NCBI GenBank assembly: GCA_964016885.1
Contig: CAXHJY010000826.1
Location: 549 to 64,548, forward strand
Length of the DNA stretch: 64,000 nucleotides
Source of the DNA: Eledone cirrhosa
Taxonomy: Eukaryota
Direction: 5' to 3'
Shown here: positions 1 through 15,233 of the stretch, piece after piece
Layout of the letters: every line of letters starts with the position of its first letter
Position numbering within the stretch: the first letter of the stretch is position 1
Notes under the pieces: model-generated
The model's database searches: none
What the model saw: only the letters and a program-made list of their open reading frames with translations
What the model was told of the DNA's origin: nothing
Made by a program: the position numbers and the translations under genes

Positions 1-83
1 TAATGAACTTTTTTTGTTTAATATAAGGAACTGTTTCATTGTTTTATTCATTATTTTTTTAATACTTTATCTTGACTCTGTAT

Positions 84-167
84 TCCGTTTATCTTTCACC
101 GAAAGTGATTTTTGAATGCATCTCTTCTTTCCATGATATCCGGATTACATTGAGTTCTTCATACGGA
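84..167 (-). ncRNA. degenerate type I hammerhead ribozyme motif
   Basis: Minus strand TCCGT-ATGAAGA-(~58 nt)-GAAA-GATA-AACGGA; stem I TCCGT/ACGGA; C3 replaced by A and stem III reduced. Confidence 0.45.
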
Positions 168-201
168 TTGGACACTACCGTAAACTTTTGGTAGATTTAT
201 C

Positions 202-265
<64 letters not shown>

Positions 266-267
266 CA

Positions 268-570
268 TCTAGAATAAAGAGCAGGTATTGCAATAGCCTG
301 GGATTCAAGGGCCCTCAACTCTTCAACAGGCTGCCGAGGGATCTGAGAGATTTGCATGACGTGGAGATGGATGTCTTCAAGAAACATCTCGACACCTTGT
401 TATCAAGGATCCCACAGCAAGACACGAGGGAAACCTAAGGGCAGCAGCAACAAACTCCCTCTTACACCAGTGGCCAACCTATACAGGCTGGAGATAAAAT
501 GTGTAGCAACAAGGGCGGTGCCCCAGCATGGCCTCAGCCGGGTGGCTGAAACAGGTAAGAGTGTAAAAGA
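268..570 (+). mobile_element. CR1-like LINE 3' fragment
   Basis: Translates to [45 protein letters not shown]...RAAATNSL, typical of a CR1-group ORF2 C-terminus; the following GGCGGTGCCCCAGCATGGCC...GGCTGAAAC tail recurs near 33860. Confidence 0.75.
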
Positions 571-571
571 G

Positions 572-2570
<1,999 letters not shown>

Positions 2571-2771
2571 CAAGATGTCTGGTAAGACCTACACATCTGC
2601 TTATGGGCTTCACAAGAAACTGCAGTGGAATCATTTAAAGAGGTCGAACCCAGATGTCACCTCAGACAGGATGTGACCCCACAGACAGGAAGTGACCCCG
2701 CTTACCACAGAAGGGTGTAGACATCTTACGATGATAGGCACTGTTTTGTTCACTTAATAGTAGTAAATATC

Positions 2772-2772
<1 letters not shown>

Positions 2773-2804
<32 letters not shown>

Positions 2805-3370
2805 GGTGGTGGTGGTGGTGGTGGTGTTGGTGGTGGTGGTGGTGGTGGTGGTGGTATTGGTGGTGGTGGTGGTGGTGGTGGTGGTATTGGTGGTGGTGGT
2901 GTTGCTGGTGGTGGTGGTGGTGGTGTTGGTAGTGGTGGTGGTGTTATTGGTGGTGGTGGTGGTGGTGGTGGTGGTGGTATTGGTGGTGGTGGTGTTGGTG
3001 GTAGTGGTGGTGTTGGTGGTAGTGGTGGTGTTGTTGTTGGCGGTGGTGTTGTCGTGGTTGTCGGTGGTTGTGGTGGTGGTGTTGTTTTTGGTGTTGTTGT
3101 TGTCGGTGGTGGTGATGTTGTTGGTGGTGGTGGTGTTGTTGCTGTTGCTGGTGGAATTGTTGTTGTTGATGGTGGTGTTTTTGTTTGTGTTGTTCTTGTA
3201 GATGGTGGTGGTGGTGTGGGTGTTGTTGCTCGTGGTGGTGGTTGTGATGGTGACGGTGGTGTTGGTGTTGTTGTTGTTTGTGGTGCTGGTGGTGGTGGTG
3301 GTGGTGGTGGTGGCGTTGCTACTCTTGTTGTTGTTGTTGCTGTAGTAGTAGGCGTCGTTGTTGCTGTTGT
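2773..3370. repeat. (GGT/GTT)n trinucleotide repeat
   Basis: Direct inspection. Confidence 0.95.
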
Positions 3371-3449
3371 CAAAACACTGGGTGTAAGACTAATTTTTTT
3401 GTTTTTCTGGCGTCTCTTTACGTTTTCTCCTGCCGAGATCACCTTCCAG

Positions 3450-3525
3450 GATCGATAAAATGATGTGGATAGATCGATGGATGGGATTGATTGGAGTTGT
3501 GTTGGTAAAGACAGAAACAAGACAA
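3450..3525 (+). other. candidate exon overlapping the first satellite monomer
   Basis: CTAAT branch-like motif (~3390), long pyrimidine tract and CAG acceptor at 3447-3449; possible donors GTAAAG, GTACGT or GTAAGT; one open frame IDKMMWIDRWMGLIGVVLVKTETRQ; no recognised homology. Confidence 0.3.
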
Positions 3526-6500
3526 CGTACGTTAGTAAGTAAAAACCAGGAGTTGTGTTGGTAAAGACAGAAACAAGACAACGTACGTTAGTAAGTTAAA
3601 ACCAGGAGTTGTGTTGGTAAAGACAGAAATAAGACAACGTACGTTAGTAAGTTAAAACCAGGAGTTGTGTTGGTAAAGACAGAAACAAGACAACGTACGT
3701 TAGTAAGTAAAAACCAGGAGTTGTGTTGGTAAAGACAGAAATAAGACAACGTACGTTAGTATGTTAAAACCAGGAGTTGTGTTGGTAAAGACAGAAATAA
3801 GACACCGTACGTTAGTAAGTTAAAACCAGGAGTTGTGTTGGTAAAGACAGAAATAAGACACCGTACGTTAGTAAGTAAAAACCAGGAGTTGTGTTGGTAA
3901 AGACAGAAATAAGACAACGTACGTTAGTAAGTTAAAACCAGGAGTTGTGTTGGTAAAGACAGAAACAAGACAACGTACGTTAGTAAGTTAAAACCAGGAG
4001 TTGTGTTGGTAAAGACAGAAACAAGACAACGTACGTTACTAAGTTAAAACCAGGAGTTGTGTTGGTAAAGACAGAAATAAGACAACGTACGTTAGTAAGT
4101 TAAAACCAGGAGTTGTGTTGGTAAAGACAGAAACAAGACAACGTACGTTAGTAAGTTAAAACCAGGAGTTGTGTTGGTAAAGACAGAAATAAGACAACGT
4201 ACGTTAGTAAGTTAAAACCAGGAGTTGTGTTGGTAAAGACAGAAACAAGACAACGTACGTTAGTAAGTTAAAACCAGGAGTTGTGTTGGTAAAGACAGAA
4301 ACAAGACAACGTACGTTAGTAAGTTAAAACCAGGAGTTGTGTTGGTAAAGACAGAAACAAGACAACGTACGTTAGTAATATAAACCAGGAGTTGTGTTGG
4401 TAAAGACAGAAACAAGACAACGTACGTTAGTATGTTAAAACCTGGAGTTGTGTTGGTAAAGCCAGAAATAAGACAACGTACGTTAGTAAGTTAAAACCAG
4501 GAGTTGGGTTGGTAAAGACTGAAACCAGACAACGTACGTTAGTAAGTAAAAACCAGGAGTTGTGTTGGTAAAGACAGAAATAAGACAACGTACGTTAGTA
4601 AGTTAAAACCAGGAGTTGTGTTGGTAAAGACAGAAATAAGACAACGTACGTTACTAAGTTAAAACCAGGAGTTGTGTTGGTAAAGACAGAAATAAGACAA
4701 CGTACGTTACTAAGTTAAAACCAGGAGTTGTGTTGGTAAAGACAGAAACAAGACAACGTACGTTAGTAAGTTAAAACCAGGAGTTGTGTTGGTAAAGACA
4801 GGAATAAGACACCGTACGTTAGTAAGTTAAAACCAGGAGTTGTGTTGGTAAAGACAGAAATAAGACAACGTACGTTAGTAAGTTAAAACCAGGAGTTGTG
4901 TTGGTAAAGACATAAATAAGACAACGTACGTTAGTAAGTTAAAACCAGCAGATGTGTTGGTAAAGACAGAAACAAGACAACGTACGTTAGTAAGTTAAAA
5001 CCAGGAGTTGTGTTGGTAAAGACAGAAATAAGATAACGTACGTTACTAAGTTAAAACCAGGAGTTGTGCTGGTAAAGACAGAAATAAGACAACGTACGTT
5101 AGTAAGTTAAAACCAGGAGTTGTGTTGGTAAAGACAGAAATAAGACAACGTACGTTAGTAAGTTAAAACCAGGAGTTGTGTTGGTAAAGACAGAAATATG
5201 ACAACGTACGTTAGTAAGTAAAAACCAGGAGTTGTGTTGGTAGAGACAGAAATAAGACAACGTACGTTAGTAAGTTAAAACCAGGAGTTGTGTTGGTAAA
5301 GACAGAAATAAGATAACGTACGTTAGTAAGTAAAAACAAGGAATTGTGTTGGTAAAGACAGAAATAAGACAACGTACGTTAGTAAGTAAAAACAAGGAAT
5401 TGTTTTGGTAAAGACAGAAATAAGACAACGTACGTTAGTAAGTTAAAACCAGGAGTTGTGTTGGTAAAGACAGAAATAAGACAACATACGTTAGTAAGTA
5501 AAAACCAGGAGTTGTGTTGGTAAAGACAGAAACAAGACAACGTACGTTAGTAAGTTAAAACCAGGAGTTGTGTTGGTAAAGACAGAAATAAGACAACGTA
5601 CGTTAGTAAGTTAAAACCAGGAGTTGTGTTGGTAAAGACAGAAATAAGACAACGTACGTTAGTAATTTAAAACCAGGAGTTGTGTTGGTAAAGACAGAAA
5701 CAAGACAACGTACGTTAGTAAGTTAAAACCAGGAGTTGTGTTGGTAAAGACAGAAATAAGATAACGTACGTTACTAAGTTAAAACCAGGAGTTGTGTTGG
5801 TAAAGACAGAAATAAGATAACGTACGTTACTAAGTTAAAACCAGGAGTTGCGTTGGTAAAGACAGAAACAAGACAACGTATGTTAGTAAGTTAAAACCAG
5901 GAGTTGTGTTGGTAAAGACAGAAATAAGACAACATACGTTAGTAAGTTAAAACCAGGAGTTGTGTTGGTAGAGACAGAAATAAGACAACGTACGTTAGTA
6001 AGTTAAAATCAGGAGTTGTGTTGTAAAAGACAGAAATAAGATAACGTACGTTAGTAAGTTAAAACCAGGACTTGTGTTGGTAAAGACAGAAATAAGACAA
6101 CGTACGTTAGTAAGTTAAAACCAGGAGTTGTGTTGGTAGAGACAGAAATAAGACAACGTACGTTAGTAAGTTAAAATCAGGAGTTGTGTTGGTAAAGACA
6201 GAAATAAGATAACGTACGTTACTAAGTTAAAACCAGGAGTTGTGTTGGTAGAGACAGAAATAAGACAACATATGTTAGTAAGTTAAAACCAGGACTTGTG
6301 TTGGTAAAGACAGAAATAAGACAACGTACGTTAGTAAGTTAAAACCAGGAGTTGTGTTGGTAAAGACAGAAATAAGATAACGTACGTTACTAAGTTAAAA
6401 CCAGGAGTTGTGTTGGTAAAGACAGAAATAAGACAACGTACGTTACTAAGTTAAAACCAGGAGTTGTGTTGGTAGAGACAGAAATAAGACAACGTACGTT

Positions 6501-8505
6501 ACTAAGTTAAAACCAGGAGTTGTGTTGGTAAAGACAGAAATAAGACAACGTACGTTACTAAGTTAAAACCAGGAGTTGTGTTGGTAAAGACAGAAACAAG
6601 ACAACGTACGTTAGTAAGTTAAAACCAGGAGTTGTGTTGGTAAAGACAGGAATAAGACACCGTACGTTAGTAAGTTAAAACCAGGAGTTGTGTTGGTAAA
6701 GACAGAAATAAGACAACGTACGTTAGTAAGTTAAAACCAGGAGTTGTGTTGGTAAAGACATAAATAAGACAACGTACGTTAGTAAGTTAAAACCAGCAGA
6801 TGTGTTGGTAAAGACAGAAACAAGACAACGTACGTTAGTAAGTTAAAACCAGGAGTTGTGTTGGTAAAGACAGAAATAAGATAACGTACGTTACTAAGTT
6901 AAAACCAGGAGTTGTGCTGGTAAAGACAGAAATAAGACAACGTACGTTAGTAAGTTAAAACCAGGAGTTGTGTTGGTAAAGACAGAAATAAGACAACGTA
7001 CGTTAGTAAGTTAAAACCAGGAGTTGTGTTGGTAAAGACAGAAATATGACAACGTACGTTAGTAAGTAAAAACCAGGAGTTGTGTTGGTAGAGACAGAAA
7101 TAAGACAACGTACGTTAGTAAGTTAAAACCAGGAGTTGTGTTGGTAAAGACAGAAATAAGATAACGTACGTTAGTAAGTAAAAACAAGGAATTGTGTTGG
7201 TAAAGACAGAAATAAGACAACGTACGTTAGTAAGTAAAAACAAGGAATTGTTTTGGTAAAGACAGAAATAAGACAACGTACGTTAGTAAGTTAAAACCAG
7301 GAGTTGTGTTGGTAAAGACAGAAATAAGACAACATACGTTAGTAAGTAAAAACCAGGAGTTGTGTTGGTAAAGACAGAAACAAGACAACGTACGTTAGTA
7401 AGTTAAAACCAGTTGTGTTGGTAAAGACAGAAATAAGACAACGTACGTTAGTAAGTTAAAACCAGGAGTTGTGTTGGTAAAGACAGAAATAAGACAACGT
7501 ACGTTAGTAAGTTAAAACCAGGAGTTGTGTTGGTAAAGACAGAAACAAGACAACGTACGTTAGTAAGTTAAAACCAGGAGTTGTGTTGGTAAAGACAGAA
7601 ATAAGATAACGTACGTTACTAAGTTAAAACCAGGAGTTGTGTTGGTAAAGACAGAAATAAGATAACGTACGTTACTAAGTTAAAACCAGGAGTTGTGTTG
7701 GTAAAGACAGAAACAAGACAACGTATGTTAGTAAGTTAAAACCAGGAGTTGTGTTGGTAAAGACAGAAATAAGACAACATACGTTAGTAAGTTAAAACCA
7801 GGAGTTGTGTTGGTAGAGACAGAAATAAGACAACGTACGTTAGTAAGTTAAAATCAGGAGTTGTGTTGGTAAAGACAGAAATAAGATAACGTACGTTAGT
7901 AAGTTAAAACCAGGACTTGTGTTGGTAAAGACAGAAATAAGACAACGTACGTTAGTAAGTTAAAACCAGGAGTTGTGTTGGTAGAGACAGAAATAAGACA
8001 ACGTACGTTAGTAAGTTAAAATCAGGAGTTGTGTTGGTAAAGACAGAAATAAGATAACGTACGTTACTAAGTTAAAACCAGGAGTTGTGTTGGTAGAGAC
8101 AGAAATAAGACAACATATGTTAGTAAGTTAAAACCAGGACTTGTGTTGGTAAAGACAGAAATAAGACAACGTACGTTAGTAAGTTAAAACCAGGAGTTGT
8201 GTTGGTAAAGACAGAAATAAGATAACGTACGTTACTAAGTTAAAACCAGGAGTTGTGTTGGTAAAGACAGAAATAAGACAACGTACGTTACTAAGTTAAA
8301 ACCAGGAGTTGTGTTGGTAGAGACAGAAATAAGACAACGTACGTTACTAAGTTAAAATCAGGAGTTGTGTTGGTAAAGACAGAAATAAGACAACATATGT
8401 TAGTAAGTTAAAACCAGGACTTGTGTTGGTAAAGACAGAAATAAGACAACGTACGTTAGTAAGTTAAAACCAGGAGTTGTGTTGGTAGAGACTGGAATAA
8501 GACAA
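3493..8505. repeat. 56-bp tandem satellite, ~89 copies
   Basis: Unit AAAACCAGGAGTTGTGTTGGTAAAGACAGAAATAAGACAACGTACGTTAGTAAGTT; CCAGG at 3546 and 3602 gives period 56. Confidence 0.98.
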
Positions 8506-8731
8506 GTCCAGTATTTTTGGTAAACCATTTGCAAAGAGCGTGAAATGAATTTATAACTGTCAGAGGTGAGAATATGAAACAAAGATTTTTGGCACTTTAG
8601 AAATAAACAAAGTTGCTAATCTCCGATTACTTACTCCTTGATTGTTGTTGTTGTTGTTGTTTAGCCCTAGGTCGGTTGTGAACGAGCAGGTCTGTGATCA
8701 AAAACCTACTCATTGATTAAAGACAAAGCGG

Positions 8732-8979
8732 AGTTGTTGTCATTGTTGTTGTTGCTGTCGCTGTTGTTGGTGGTGGCGGTGATGGTGGTGTGGTTGTTGT
8801 TGTTGTTGTTGGTGGTGGTGTGGTTGTGTTTGTTGCTGTTGTTGGTGGTGATGGTGGTAGTGCTGGTGATGGTGGTTTTGTTGTTGTTGGTGGTGGTGGT
8901 GATGGTGGTGTTGTTGTTCGTGGTGGTGTTGGTGTGGTTGTTGTTGTTGTTGGTGGTGGTGGTGGTGGTGGTGGTGTGG

Positions 8980-9013
<34 letters not shown>

Positions 9014-9155
9014 TGTAGTTGTTATTTGTGGTGGTGTCGTAGTTGTTGTTTTTGTTAATGGTGGTGGTGGTGGTAGTGGTGGTGGTGGTGGTGTAGTTGT
9101 TGCTGTTGTTGTTGTTAGTGGTGGTAGTGGTGGTTGTGTTGTAGTACTAGTCGTT
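8732..9155. repeat. (GGT/GTT)n trinucleotide repeat
   Basis: Direct inspection. Confidence 0.95.
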
Positions 9156-9451
9156 GTTTAGCCACGGGTCCCGCTCTAAACGACAGATCTACCATCAAAT
9201 ATATATTTCAGTTGCGACCATTCCTCCTTTTTGTATCTGTAGAAATACTTGTGTGGTTGTTCTTTATTGAGGTTTCTTCGTGGGTTGTTGACATTATTGT
9301 TCAGTATCGGTACAAGGTCAGACGCTATGCTTTGCAGCACAGTGTTAGCACCATTTACGGTCTGAGTGCAAATCTCACCGATAAGGTAAAGTACCAGTAA
9401 TGTACTACGGTAAATGCTGGCCTTGTGCCAAAAAGTAAAAACAATTATTGT

Positions 9452-9672
9452 TAGGTGGTGAATTGGCAGTCATCGTTAGAGTCTCGGACAACATGCTTTA
9501 TGGCATAGAGTTATGACCCTTTACGTTCTGAGTTCAAATCCCGATGAGGTTAGCTTTGCCTTTAATCTTTACGGGAACCGATAAAATAAAGTACCAGTCA
9601 CGCACTGGGGTCGATTTACACGACCTTCTCCCCACCCTAAAATTGCTGGCCCTGTGTCTAGACACCATTATT
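9452..9672 (+). mobile_element. tRNA-derived SINE (main family in window)
   Basis: A-box-like TTGGCAG..TCGTTAGA, B-box GAGTTCAAATCCC, shared central GCCTTT..TC.TTAC GG..CGATAAAATAAAGTACCAG, and tail AATTGCTGGCC.TGTG. Confidence 0.85.
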
Positions 9673-9842
9673 GTTTTCTGAGGAAAACTCTGAAAGGTCA
9701 GAAAGAGGAAGTTGTTATTCCTCCACCGGAAGGGTTAAAGGAAAGTCTTGACGATAGAGGGCACTGTGTGTAATATATTTATATGGGACAGTCATATTTA
9801 TTACTTCTGTTCATTGATGTCAATGGTTGATGCTACAGAAGG

Positions 9843-10508
9843 ATACATGTGGTATTACACCATAGTCGGTGTCACACATGTGGTATTACATCACAGTCAG
9901 CGTCACACATGTGGTATTACACCATAGCCGATGTCACACATGTGGTATTATATCATAGTGTCATACATGTGGTATCACACCATAGTCAGTATCATACATG
10001 TGGTATTTTACCATAGTCAGTGTCATATATGTGGTATTACACCATAGTCGGTGTCATACATGTCGTATTATACCATAGTCAGTATCATACATGTGATATT
10101 ATACCATAGTGTCATACATGTGGAATTACAGCATGGTTGGTGTCATACAAGTGGTATAACACCATAGTCAATATCATACATAATACATGTGGTATTATAA
10201 CATAGTCGGTGTCATACATAATACATGAGCTATTACAACATAGTCGGTTTCGTACATGAGGTATTGCACCATAGTGTCATGCATGTGGTATTATACCATA
10301 GTCAATACCATATATAATACATGTGGTATGCCATAGTCAGAATCAAACATGTGGTATTACTCCATAGTCAGCATCATACATATGGTATTACATCATAGCG
10401 TCATACATGTGGTATTACACCATAGTCAGCATCATACATGTGGTATTACATCATAGTGTCATACATGTGGTATTACACCATAGTCAGTGTCATACATAAT
10501 ACATGTGG
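9843..10508. repeat. ~31-bp degenerate minisatellite
   Basis: Unit ~CATGTGGTATTACACCATAGTCAGTGTCATA. Confidence 0.92.
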
Positions 10509-10549
10509 TTGAACTAACAAAGTAATGAGAAAATGGAGTAAAGAAGGTT

Positions 10550-10705
10550 AGATCTCGCTGTATTGGACTGAAAAGGGACGGGGTAACGAGGGGGAGATCT
10601 GGCTGTATTGGACTGAAAAGGGAAGGGGTAACGAGGGGGAGATCTGGCTGTATGGGACAGAAGAGGAAGGGGTAACGACGGGGAGATCTGGCTGTATGGG
10701 ACAGT
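10550..10705. repeat. 45-bp tandem repeat, ~3.5 copies
   Basis: GATCT at 10551, 10596, 10641 and ~10685. Confidence 0.9.
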
Positions 10706-10793
10706 AAGGGAAAGGCGAGTTCATAATTGGTTTTCGAATTTGAAAATGAAGCCAAAAAAAAACACAAAAAAATTGGTTGCTGCCCCACGTTTG

Positions 10794-11678
10794 TCTGTTG
10801 TGTAGGGTCGTAATACATGGAATAAGGTGGTATCTGTTGTATAGGGTCGTAATACTTGGAATAAGGTGGTGTCTGTTGTATAGGGTCGTAATACTTGGAA
10901 TAAGGTGGTGTCTGTTGTGTACGGTCATAATACATGGAATAAGGTGGGGTCTGTTATGTAGGGTCTAATACATGGAATAAGGTGGTGTCTGTTGTGTAGG
11001 GTCGTAATACTTGGAATAAGGTGGTTCTGTTGTGTAGGGTCGTAATACATGGAATAAGGTGGTGTATGTTGTGTAGGGTCGTAATACATGGAATAAGGTG
11101 GGGTCTGTTAGTAGGGTCTAATACATGGAATAAGGTGGTGTCTGTTGTGTAGGGTCGTAATACTTGGAATAAGGTGGTGTCTGTTGTGTAGGGTCGTAAT
11201 ACATGGAATAAGGTGGTGTATGTTGTGTAGGGTCGTAATACATGGAATAAGGTGGTGTATGTTGTGTAGGGTCGTAATACATGGAATAAGGTGGGGTCTG
11301 TTATGTAGGGTCTAATACATGGAATAAGGTGGTGTCTGTTGCGTAGGGTCGTAATATATGGAATAAGGTGGGGTCTGTTATGTAGGGTCGTAATACATGG
11401 AATAAGGTGATGTCTGTTGTGTAGGGTCGTAATACATGGAATAAGGTTGTGTCTGTTATGTAGGGTCGTAATACATGGAATAAGGTGGTGTCTGTTGTGT
11501 AGGGTCGTAATACATGGAATAAGGTGGTGTCTGTTATGTAGGGTCGTAATACATGGAATAAGGTGGTGTCTGTTGTGTAGGGTCGTAATACATGGAATAA
11601 GGTGGTGTCTGTTGTGTAGGGTCGTAATATATGGAATAAGGTGGGGTCTGTTATGTAGGGTCGTAATACATGGAATAA
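10794..11678. repeat. 39-bp minisatellite, ~23 copies
   Basis: Unit TCTGTTGTGTAGGGTCGTAATACATGGAATAAGGTGGTG. Confidence 0.96.
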
Positions 11679-11709
11679 TGTTGCATGAGGATTACAGCAA
11701 AAGAGATTG
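11659..11709 (+). other. candidate 51-nt exon between two minisatellites
   Basis: TGTAG acceptor from the 39-bp unit, unique core, GTGGGT donor; open frame VVIHGIMLHEDYSKRD. Confidence 0.3.
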
Positions 11710-12035
11710 GTGGGTTTAACATCATGTTTGAGACACAGTGCTGACGGCCGACCCGTGGTTTAATATCATGTTTGAGACACGGTGGTGACGGCTGATCTGG
11801 GGTTTAACTTCATGTTTGAGACACGGTGGTGACGGGTGATCCGTGGTTTAATATCATGTTTGAGACACGGCGGCGACGGCTGATCCGTGGTTTAACATCA
11901 TGTTTCAGACGCGGTGGTGACGGGTGATCCGTGGTTTAACATCATGTTAGAGACACGGTGGTCACGGCTGATCAGTGGTTTAACATCATGTTTGAGACAC
12001 TGTATAGACCGGTATAGAACGCAGGGGTTAACATG
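11710..12035. repeat. 44-bp minisatellite, ~7 copies
   Basis: Unit ~GTGGTTTAACATCATGTTTGAGACACGGTGGTGACGGCTGATCC. Confidence 0.92.
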
Positions 12036-12207
12036 GAAGAGTAAGCTGTTGGGTGTGGTCTGCAAGTACATGCAGGTCTTGTTGATTCACCTCTCCCACC
12101 CCATCAACAACAACTAAGTAGTGTATACTATTGTCGATGCAGAGATAAATGTGTGTATCTATTAATTGTGTATTTCTTTTCATAAAGTACTTCATATGTC
12201 CCAGAAT

Positions 12208-12620
12208 GATAACAGCAGCAGCTACAACAGCAACAACAACAGCTACAGCAGCAACACTAGCAGCAGCTTCAACAGCAGCAGCATCTACAACAGCAGCAAC
12301 AACAGCAACAGCAGCAATACCAGCAACAACAGCTACAACAACAACAACAGCTACACCAACAATAGCTACAACAGCATCTACAGCAGCAGCTACAACAACA
12401 ACAACAGCAGCTACAACAACAGCAATTACAGCAGCAACAGCTTCAACAGCAGCAGCAACAGCAACAACACCAGCAGCTACAACAACAACTACAACAGCAA
12501 CAACACCAGCAACTACAACAACAACTACAACAGCAACTACAACAACAACTACAACAGCACCAACACCAACACCAGCAGCAACAACAGCAGCAACAACAGC
12601 ACCGAATATCACAACAACAA
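12208..12620. repeat. (CAA/CAG)n trinucleotide repeat
   Basis: Direct inspection. Confidence 0.93.
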
Positions 12621-12679
12621 GAAAATAAACAAGGTTAATATTAGGAAATTACAGGAAATATTTGGAAAAGATAGTTGGA

Positions 12680-12955
12680 AGGTGGAGTGAGGGAGGGTGG
12701 GTGTGGAGAGGATCTGGGTGTGGGGAAAGGGGTGGGTAGATGGTGGGGGTGAGGGTGTGGAGAGGATATGTGGGTGGGGAGAGGATCTGGGGTGGGGAGA
12801 GGGGATGAGGATGCGAGGGAGGGTGGGGAGAGGATCTGGAGGTGGGGATATGGCGGGGAGAGGATATGTGGGTGGGGAGAGGGTGGGGAGAGGATCGGGG
12901 GGTCTGGAGGAGGGGGGTCTGAGTGGGAGTAGAGGATGTGTGGTGGATGAGGGCG
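12680..12955 (+). repeat. G-rich degenerate repeat with G-quadruplex potential
   Basis: Repeated GGGTGGGGAGAGGATCTG motifs with many G3+ runs. Confidence 0.8.
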
Positions 12956-13579
12956 GTACAGTTTGAACAAACAGAAGATGTTCAGACGACACACGCAGAT
13001 TAAATCTGAAAGTTTATGTTTTAAACTGTTTTTGATAGATGCATGGGATATTCCTATTGTACCCCGGGTGTAGAATAAACGAAGACGGGAAGCGTTCTTT
13101 GCTGCTGCAGTCGTAGATATTCTATTGATGTTTGGATAAATATGAAAACATTCTTCTTTAGCTCCCCTACTGATATCACAAAAACTTTGCATTTGTATAA
13201 ATGTAATTTATACACTTCTGTGGACGTATGTATGTATGTATGTATGTATGTATGTATGTATGTATGTATACGTTCGCACATTACATACACATATACATAT
13301 ATATGTATATATATGAATGTGTGTGTGTGGAGGGTGGGGGGTGCGTGTGTGTGTGTATCACTTTTTGAAATAACTAATATATATAATATATATATATATA
13401 TATATGACTTTTAGAAATAACTGTGTGTATATATATAAGGGTGTATACATGTTTACTTAGCTCTATACATGTGGCTTTATATATTTATGTGCTGTATGTG
13501 TCTAGGTGTATATTTACATTAAGATTAAATTGGGTATCTACTGTTCTTTCATGTTGCTTCTTCCATTCTAATGTCAGAG

Positions 13580-13772
13580 AGAGAAATGGACCTCCGTCAG
13601 CGTCGACGATGTTGCCTCTACTTGTTCAATCAACGGAACAGCTTGCTCTCAAAAATCAACGTTTGTATGGCTGAGTATTTTACAGACACGTGTACTCTTA
13701 AGTATCAGGGAGATGCAGCTAAATTAAGTGTGTGACAAGGCTGCCCCTCTGAGTTACAGACACAATTCATTA
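13580..13772 (-). mobile_element. SINE fragment (second family)
   Basis: Similar to 20555-20815 (CAGACAC.TG.ACTCTTAA...CAGGGAGAT.CAG...ACAAGGCTG.CCCT). Confidence 0.65.
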
Positions 13773-13775
13773 GTG

Positions 13776-14268
13776 AAGGGGCATGGCTTGGTGGTTAGAC
13801 CATTGCGCCTGCAATCGTAAGGTTGAGAGTTTGATTCTCGGACCGGGTGATGTCTTCAGCAAGACACTTTATTTCACGTTGCTCCAGTTTACTCAGCTGT
13901 AGAAATGAGTTGCGACGTCACTGGTGCCAAGCTGTATCGGTCATAGCCTTTCCCTTGAACATCATCATATATAGTGTATATATAGGGTATAGAGTGTATA
14001 TATTGAGTATAGAGGGTGTATATTTAGTATAGAGGGTGTATATTTAGTATAGAGGGTGTATATATAGAGTAACTTATGACATCACTGGCGCCAATCTGTA
14101 TCAGCCATTGCCTTTCCCTTGAACATCAGTGGCATGGAGAGGGGAGACTGGTATGCATGGGTGACTGCTAGCCTTCTATAAACAACCTTGCCCGGACTTG
14201 TGCCTCGGAGGGAAACTTTCTAGATGCAAATCCCATGGTCATTCGTGACCGAAAGGGGTCTTTACTTT
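13776..14268 (+). mobile_element. tRNA-derived SINE containing an internal 20-bp minisatellite
   Basis: A box TGGCTTGGTGG, B box AGTTTGATTCT, CORE-like GCAAGACACTTTATTTCAC; (TATAGAGGGTGTATATTTAG)n at ~13985-14070 flanked by a local duplication. Confidence 0.75.
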
Positions 14269-14289
14269 ACTATCATTTGATTGGGCTTC

Positions 14290-15040
14290 CAAACAGTTTC
14301 CGTCTACCCAATTTCATTCACAAAGCAATGGTAGACATGAGGCTGTAGTAAATAATACTTGCCCGAGATGCCGAGTTCATAGATGTTGTTCAACCAGCTT
14401 GCTTGTGTGGTCTTCCCTTGGGTCTCTTGTCGATTGGTTTTTACCCTAAAAATCTGTCCAGCGATTCTTTCCTGAGATATTCTGATCACACGCCAGAGTA
14501 TCGGAACTATGATATGTCAATATATTTTGTATATTTTATTGTCTTTACCAGTCCTATCTCTATAGACATTATGTACTGCCTTCCTATAAACTGACTCTAA
14601 AGACGGTATATATTTACATGTATTATGTTAAATGTCATAACTTCTTCTTCTTGAAAGAGTCGTGGGGTCAGAGTCCTCAAACACTCCCTCCAGCAGGTCC
14701 TGTCAGAAGCACAACTGTCTCCAATCAATCTGGCTGGATCCCTAGGCGTGACCAGCGAAGCTTTTGAATGTTATCCAACCATCTTGCTCAAGGTTTACAT
14801 CTGGGTCTCCTGCCAGAAGCAACCGTTTCCAACTTATCCTGCTGGGTCCCCAAGCGATACTAGCCAAGCCGATGGATGCTATCGAACTCTCAGCTCCGGG
14901 TCTACCCCTGGGTCTCCTGCCGGTTGTTTTTTTTTCTCATAAAATCTGTCCGGCCATTCTTTCCTGTGACATTCTAACCATACATATGAACTGACTCTAA
15001 AGACAATATCTATTTACATGTACCATGTTACATATTAGAT
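14290..15040 (-). mobile_element. two RTE-like LINE 3' fragments with a local duplication
   Basis: Minus strand encodes RISQER.AGQI...PIDKRPKGRP-like LINE tail; 14440-14640 resembles 14930-15035. Confidence 0.55.
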
Positions 15041-15233
15041 CTTGTATATTTATACAGTGGCCACCTCTTCTGGAATGTATAATATGATATTACAGTCTTG
15101 TCTATGTCTCCGGATGTTTGGCACAGCAACTGAAGAATTCAGACAAAAAAACAATCACACGAATAACGATAACAGTGAACTCACTAGTACAGCCGCCGCT
15201 CGTAATCGTGTACGACTTGGTAGTATATACCAG

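Noticed and set aside
3493-8505. CRISPR-like appearance of the 56-bp array
   Set aside because: No unique spacers, no cas genes, eukaryotic context
3493-8505. TACTAAC branch-point consensus on the minus strand of most monomers
   Set aside because: No AG acceptor follows the pyrimidine tract in the consensus unit; probably coincidental
9673-9705. CTGAGGA...GAAA hammerhead-like words
   Set aside because: Stems I-III do not form
12149-12690. Mucin-like or antifreeze-like Thr/Ala-rich ORF
   Set aside because: Arises from a (CAA/CAG)n repeat open in several frames; no splice or domain support
13142-13175. ATGA...TGAT as a SECIS element
   Set aside because: No apical AA at the expected spacing and no helix
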